64,000 bases of DNA, from positions 640,001 through 704,000 of the forward strand of contig JBKBWQ010000001.1 in NCBI GenBank assembly GCA_046314355.1, given 5' to 3'. The translations under genes were made by a program, and so were the position numbers. Origin of the DNA: Candidatus Altimarinota bacterium. Lineage in GTDB: Bacteria; Patescibacteriota; Gracilibacteria; 1-14-2-50-48-13. Positions within the stretch are counted from its first letter, which is position 1. Each line of letters opens with the position of its first letter. The notes beneath the pieces are model-generated. The model had not been told where the DNA came from, did not search any database, and saw nothing but the letters and a program-made list of their open reading frames with translations. Positions 59,026 to 64,000 of the stretch are shown here, piece after piece.

Positions 59026-60534
59026 ATGCCAAATACACCTAAAACACGAATTAATATATATTTCTCTGACTTTTTTAATATTGCTCCTAAAGTTATAGAG
59101 GACTTTGGAGCATTAAATATTTCGTTAGTCTCAGATTTACCTTTATTTATAGACCCCTTTCTTCTCTTCCACAGTACAAAAGAACCCTATAAAGAAATTC
59201 ATATTCAAATAATAAAGTATCTACATTTCTTACGAAAGACATCTACATCCGTTAGTATTGGAGACAAAGGAAGATTAAAAACTTTGTATAGTTTTTCAGA
59301 AGTAAAACAAACTTGGTTAGGATTTACCGAAAACAGCAATAAGGGTAAAGGTCTAGGACCAATCTTTGCATCCAAGTTAGACAATAATTTACGCAAAATT
59401 TTTAAACAGTTTGGGGAAGAAGAAGTAACTCAATCAAGTCATCTAGAAAAACTTTGCTTATTAGAGAAAGGTGTTGGAGCAGATTCAATAAGTGATTATA
59501 CGACAAATCTAATATGGGGCTTTCTTGCTGAATATACAGAAGAGTTTGCAAAAGCACATTTATCCGCTGCACAATGTAAATTAGTCACTATCCCAAGAGC
59601 TTTCTTTAATGAAGAAACTGAAATGTGGGTATCAAAGAACTACACATTGCCATATATAAATGGTGATTACGTCCTTTTGACTCCTATAGACATAGTAGCC
59701 AGAGAAAAAAATTGGATAAATAGAGACGATCTTATTAAAGATTTTGAAGCTATTCCTGAAATAATTACTAATGAAGAACTCAGATCTGGTATTAGTAATT
59801 ATTTTTGTAAAAAACTAGCAGAAAAGTCACCTAACTCTTCGCCTACGGCTGAAGATAAAGTATATGCTATTAACAGCACCTTCCATCAATTTCCAGAATT
59901 GATCGATTACTATATTCTCTTAAAAGAAATAACTGGCGACAAAGCTAGTAAGATTAATAAGGAGGAAATAAGCCATATGAGAGAAGCTGTTATTAAAAGA
60001 GCCAATGCATTAGTAGATCTTCTAAGCCATTGTACTAAATTCTATGACATAGAGGGAAATACGTATGAAGAGGCATTAAAACGTATCCAGTATTTAAAAC
60101 ATGTAATAGAGGATGAGGATGGCTATAGAATTTTTCATCAAAATGGCACTGTAAAGAAACGAGAATCTGATATTCATGCACTTTTCAAACTAACTTGGTG
60201 TGGAACTAAGTATGATGTAAATTCTGAGGTAAATAATGGACGTGGTCCTGTAGATTTTAAAGTCTCATTAGGAAGTACTGATAAGACTCTTGTAGAATTT
60301 AAGTTAGCTTCTAACCCTCAGCTAGAAAGGAATTTACGCAATCAGGTAGAAATATATAAAAAGGCTAATAAGACCAAAAAAGCCTTAAAAGTAATATTAT
60401 ACTTCACGAAAGGAGAGTTAATCAAAGTAGAAGGCATCTTAAAAAAATTAGGTAGAGAAAATGATCCAACCATTATACTTATTGATGCACGTAATGATAA
60501 TAAGCCTTCTGCTTCAAAAGCAACCACACATTAA
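59026..60534 (+). CDS. Putative PD-(D/E)XK nuclease-domain protein
   Basis: C-terminal EVNNGRGPVDF...LVEFKLAS; N-terminal DLPLFIDPFLL. Confidence 0.65.
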   Translation: MPNTPKTRINIYFSDFFNIAPKVIEDFGALNISLVSDLPLFIDPFLLFHSTKEPYKEIHIQIIKYLHFLRKTSTSVSIGDKGRLKTLYSFSEVKQTWLGFTENSNKGKGLGPIFASKLDNNLRKIFKQFGEEEVTQSSHLEKLCLLEKGVGADSISDYTTNLIWGFLAEYTEEFAKAHLSAAQCKLVTIPRAFFNEETEMWVSKNYTLPYINGDYVLLTPIDIVAREKNWINRDDLIKDFEAIPEIITNEELRSGISNYFCKKLAEKSPNSSPTAEDKVYAINSTFHQFPELIDYYILLKEITGDKASKINKEEISHMREAVIKRANALVDLLSHCTKFYDIEGNTYEEALKRIQYLKHVIEDEDGYRIFHQNGTVKKRESDIHALFKLTWCGTKYDVNSEVNNGRGPVDFKVSLGSTDKTLVEFKLASNPQLERNLRNQVEIYKKANKTKKALKVILYFTKGELIKVEGILKKLGRENDPTIILIDARNDNKPSASKATTH

Positions 60535-60551
60535 CATATTTTCAGATAACA

Positions 60552-61373
60552 ATGAAGAAAGAAAAAAGTACAGGTAAATATCAAAAACCGATAACAGGAC
60601 TTATGATTTTGGCATATATATTCTTTGCAAAAGAACTATTACCAACAATCAATGAGGGGTTTGATTTTGTTGCTAATATGACAAAGACATTCGGAGTTGA
60701 TAACTCAAAACAAGTTGTATTTGAACCAGATACATATATCCAAGAAGAACTTTTTGCCAATTTTAAGCCTGGTATGAATAGTCAACTGCTTACTGAGAAA
60801 TTTGGTTATCCAAAGTTAATAAATAATATTAATGACTCAAAGCGCTATTTACAGTGGGAAACTAAGAAATATAGTATGGGAACTATAATTGAAAAGGATA
60901 CAGGAAAAATAGAAATGCTAGCTATATATAGTCCTGAATGTAGAGGTACAGTAAAACTACCAAATACTGACATTCAAGGAGTACTTTGCCAAACAACATA
61001 CCCTATAAAGGAACTTTCAGACGTCACCATGCTTATACTTGGAGGTATGAAATATGGTGGTTATTTTGAAGCATATGCATCTGGAGCATGGAATAGTTTT
61101 CAAAGAGAGTATGTCGGCACAAGCTCAACGGGCACAGCTCCATATGTAGAAACAAGTAAATCAGCTAATCCAATTCTAAATTTTATTTATGATAATGATC
61201 TAGTTCACTTAAATCCAGAATCATTACATTTTAGTGAGTATATAAAAAATCCATCTTTTGTAAAAGCACGGACTGAGTCTAAATATAATTTTTACGCTAC
61301 TAGTAATTATAGCACTGAATTATCTGATCTTGAGACGGTATATACTACAATGGAACGTCCATATACATACTAA
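60552..61373 (+). CDS. Membrane-anchored hypothetical protein
   Basis: N-terminal TM; co-oriented with the nuclease gene. Confidence 0.65.
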   Translation: MKKEKSTGKYQKPITGLMILAYIFFAKELLPTINEGFDFVANMTKTFGVDNSKQVVFEPDTYIQEELFANFKPGMNSQLLTEKFGYPKLINNINDSKRYLQWETKKYSMGTIIEKDTGKIEMLAIYSPECRGTVKLPNTDIQGVLCQTTYPIKELSDVTMLILGGMKYGGYFEAYASGAWNSFQREYVGTSSTGTAPYVETSKSANPILNFIYDNDLVHLNPESLHFSEYIKNPSFVKARTESKYNFYATSNYSTELSDLETVYTTMERPYTY

Positions 61374-61384
61374 TCAGGATTATA

Positions 61385-61930
61385 TTAAAAACTATGGTTA
61401 TCTTCTTTGAGCAGTTCGTAATGTCTTAACGTAGATAGATACTTGGGAGATAAAGCAGATAAATAAGTCCTATTAAGTAATTCTTGAGGTATAGATAAAT
61501 ATCCTCTCAATTCTTTATATAGCGAGTCAATTTCATACAATTCATAAGAAGATTTTGTAGTTGAAGCATCAGCATTGTCATGATACCGGCTTTGGTAATG
61601 TGGGAAAAGCCTATCTAATAGATCATTGTGGACAGTAGAAATTTTGTATCTATTTTGTACACTCTCTAATTCATTTCGAAGCTTTGCAGGATTATGTTTG
61701 TCATTCCCTTTTAATGTAGTTTTTTGTTTGGTTTCTAAATAAAGCAGTGCCTTAATAATCTTTTCAATTGCCTGGCATGCTATTTCTAATCCTGGCTCAA
61801 TTAAACTATTGAGGATTAAGCATCTTGCAGCAAGATAGTCCATATCTGCATGAAATAGAAAAAGCATTGATTCAGCATATTCATTATGAAAATCTTTCGC
61901 CGTTTTAGAAAGCTCTGGAAGTTGAGGCAT
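61385..61930 (-). CDS. HEPN-domain protein
   Basis: ADMDYLAAR, CQAIEKIIKALL, HN, SRY pattern of HEPN helical bundles. Confidence 0.72.
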   Translation of the reverse strand: MPQLPELSKTAKDFHNEYAESMLFLFHADMDYLAARCLILNSLIEPGLEIACQAIEKIIKALLYLETKQKTTLKGNDKHNPAKLRNELESVQNRYKISTVHNDLLDRLFPHYQSRYHDNADASTTKSSYELYEIDSLYKELRGYLSIPQELLNRTYLSALSPKYLSTLRHYELLKEDNHSF

Positions 61931-62518
61931 TATATTCGAAGAATAAGTAATATCTAAACCTTAGCGACGAAAATTTTTGTTGTCCACCTATTCTTTGCCA
62001 ATATCTTCTCTACCTGAGCTAAGATAGGAATATACACATATTCCTCAGGCTTATTTTGAATGTAACCATAGCAGGCTTGTTCACCATACATTTTCTGGGA
62101 AAATTTGAGTAAGTAGTCTTAGATGCTTTGCAGAAGGCTTTTTTTGTATCAAGTACTGTTTATTATTTACAAAGTAATGAGCTCATAGGTTAACAAAAAT
62201 CAGACCTAGCCGCAGTGATTTTTCACGTTTTGACAGAAAAAACAGATACTCTACTTAGTCAAAGATATTATTATGAGTAAACCATCACTAGAAGTTCTTG
62301 TGATGGTTTTATACGAAATTTTTCTCGTTTTGTGTATTTTCGTGGATATAATTTCATACACTCTCGTTCAGATATTCTACTCCTATAATTGATTTGCACA
62401 CATTTGGAGCAAAAAAAGTATAAAAGTATTCTAGGACTAGACAAATCTATAGGTCATTGTAAAAAAACACCTGTTCATGCTATAATTTATAGAAGTTATA
62501 CCTCCTATCCCTCCAAAA

Positions 62519-64000
62519 ATGTTTTATACAAAAACAAAAAAGGTATCAACGCTGTTCCTGCTCTCTGCATTTATCTTTGGATTCATACTCAATTCAGAAT
62601 TAGTCTTTGCAGCCAATGTAGCGCCCGTTGCATCCGATGTTTCTATTACTGGCGGCACCAATGTCGGCGACCTTCTTACAGGTAACTACACTTTTAGTGA
62701 TGCTGATAACGATTGGACTGCACTAGGCGGTGCGGGAAATGCATATAATGGTGAAACATGGAGACCAAAAATGAAGGTTGACCAATCAGGAAACGTATAT
62801 TTTGCATTCGGTTCAGATATACCTAATGGTAATAAAGGTACAGTGACAAAATACGATCCTAATACACAAAGCTGGTCATTTGTAGGTACGCCGTATTTCA
62901 CACCTGGAGCTGCTCGTGATGTAGGGCTAGATATTGATTCAAATGGCACTCCTTATTTTGCATTTCAAGATGAAGCAAATTTTTATAGACCCTCAGTGAT
63001 GAAATTTAATGGTACGTCATGGGTATACGTAGGATTACCTGAAGTCTCTAATGTGCCTATAAATAGCCAGTTAAATCTTGTTTTGGATAGTAATGACTTA
63101 CCATATATCTCGTATGTAAATGATACTAATTTTAAACTTAAAGTATTGAGATTCAATGGCACCTCTTGGGTTGATGTTGGTCCTGCTGGTGAACCATCCA
63201 CTGATGCTGCCCGTGGTGGATCTCTTGCTCTTGATGGAAATAATGTACCTTATATTACTTACGCAATCGCGCCCTCTGCTGCGAATGGATATAATTATGG
63301 TAAAGTAATAGTAAAGAAGTTTAATGGTACCTCATGGATTGATGTTGGTCCTGCTGGTGGTGTTAGTGAAGAAACAGCAACTGATGTCACTATGGCTATT
63401 GACTCTAATAACGTACCTTATTTTGTTTATTCCAATACTACTGGAGGTAATAAGGCACTGAAATTCAATGGCAGCGTTTGGGAATATATTGGTTCAAATA
63501 GCGGTTCAGTCACACCAGTATTTGGAGCTAGTAGTCCATATCTAGCCCTCGATGATAATGATGTCCCATACGTAGCTCTTGAGGTTGTTGACTTTAATGA
63601 TGGAACCTACTCTAATTCAGTAAGAAAATTTAATGGTACTTCTTGGGAAACTGTAGGCAGCGATAGTTTTACCCCTGCCCGCGGATATATCCCGGTATTG
63701 GACTTTGATGCAGACCAAAATGTCTATATAGGATTTGAAGACTTTTATTTTTCAGATCCAGATAATGATGTTGTATCTTATGGTACCGTAACGAAATATG
63801 CTATAGTAGATGAGGAAGGAGCATCTACCTATCGATGGCTAAGAGATGGTACTCCTATATCTGGAGCGACCGCTTCGACATACACTATTGTTACTGCCGA
63901 CCGAGGTACCACACTTACCTTTGAGGTCACTCCAGTAGCTGCTACAGGCACTTCTCCAGGTACCGCTGCAACGAGTCCAGCGTACTTCATCCCCGATGAA
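62519..64000 (+). CDS. Secreted Ig-like + beta-propeller surface protein (3'-truncated, absent from ORF track)
   Basis: MFYTKTKKVSTLFLL..VFA signal; APVASDVSITG; repeated KFNGTSW..VG blades; frame open to the window end. Confidence 0.85.
   Translation, partial: MFYTKTKKVSTLFLLSAFIFGFILNSELVFAANVAPVASDVSITGGTNVGDLLTGNYTFSDADNDWTALGGAGNAYNGETWRPKMKVDQSGNVYFAFGSDIPNGNKGTVTKYDPNTQSWSFVGTPYFTPGAARDVGLDIDSNGTPYFAFQDEANFYRPSVMKFNGTSWVYVGLPEVSNVPINSQLNLVLDSNDLPYISYVNDTNFKLKVLRFNGTSWVDVGPAGEPSTDAARGGSLALDGNNVPYITYAIAPSAANGYNYGKVIVKKFNGTSWIDVGPAGGVSEETATDVTMAIDSNNVPYFVYSNTTGGNKALKFNGSVWEYIGSNSGSVTPVFGASSPYLALDDNDVPYVALEVVDFNDGTYSNSVRKFNGTSWETVGSDSFTPARGYIPVLDFDADQNVYIGFEDFYFSDPDNDVVSYGTVTKYAIVDEEGASTYRWLRDGTPISGATASTYTIVTADRGTTLTFEVTPVAATGTSPGTAATSPAYFIPDE

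Larger units (their letters stand above)
52807..62000. mobile_element. Putative tRNA-Arg-anchored genomic/defence island (right boundary not located)
   Basis: Integrase abutting the tRNA 3' end; visibly more AT-rich; nuclease/HEPN cargo. Confidence 0.7.

Noticed and set aside
52807-62000. Prophage
   Set aside because: No capsid, terminase, tail or replication genes recognised
61930-62518. attR direct repeat of the tRNA-Arg 3' end
   Set aside because: No convincing copy of CGAGTGCACCA found by eye; island boundary remains undefined
1-64000. UGA-to-Gly recoding (code 25)
   Set aside because: rpoB and rpoC are uninterrupted in code 11; rpsG and proS end at TGA at their expected C-termini

Overview
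AT-rich bacterial chromosome segment. Gene content and order (archaeal/eukaryote-type ProRS, YidC with an extra extracytoplasmic domain, SLH and pilus-related proteins, few Shine-Dalgarno sites) point to a CPR/Patescibacteria genome, probably Peregrinibacteria-like. It uses standard code 11, since rpsG and proS end in TGA. Core genes: yidC, jag/khpB, rpmB-rpoB-rpoC-rpsL-rpsG, rpmG (missed by the ORF track), tRNA-Trp, dcd, pilT, proS and two tRNA-Arg genes (UCG, GCG). Accessory content: large surface proteins, a LamG-glycoside hydrolase-SLH protein, a stress/transport block after tRNA-Trp, an internally deleted glycosyltransferase and a Fur/Zur metal module with three shared operator palindromes. 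From about 52.8 kb an island starts at tRNA-Arg(GCG). Its large serine recombinase ORF runs antisense through the whole tRNA, and it carries OLD, PD-(D/E)XK-like and HEPN cargo plus a strongly structured, pseudoknot-capable leader RNA. A small coiled-coil gene followed by a large signal-less gene occurs twice. All family calls come from motif recognition by eye, not database searches.
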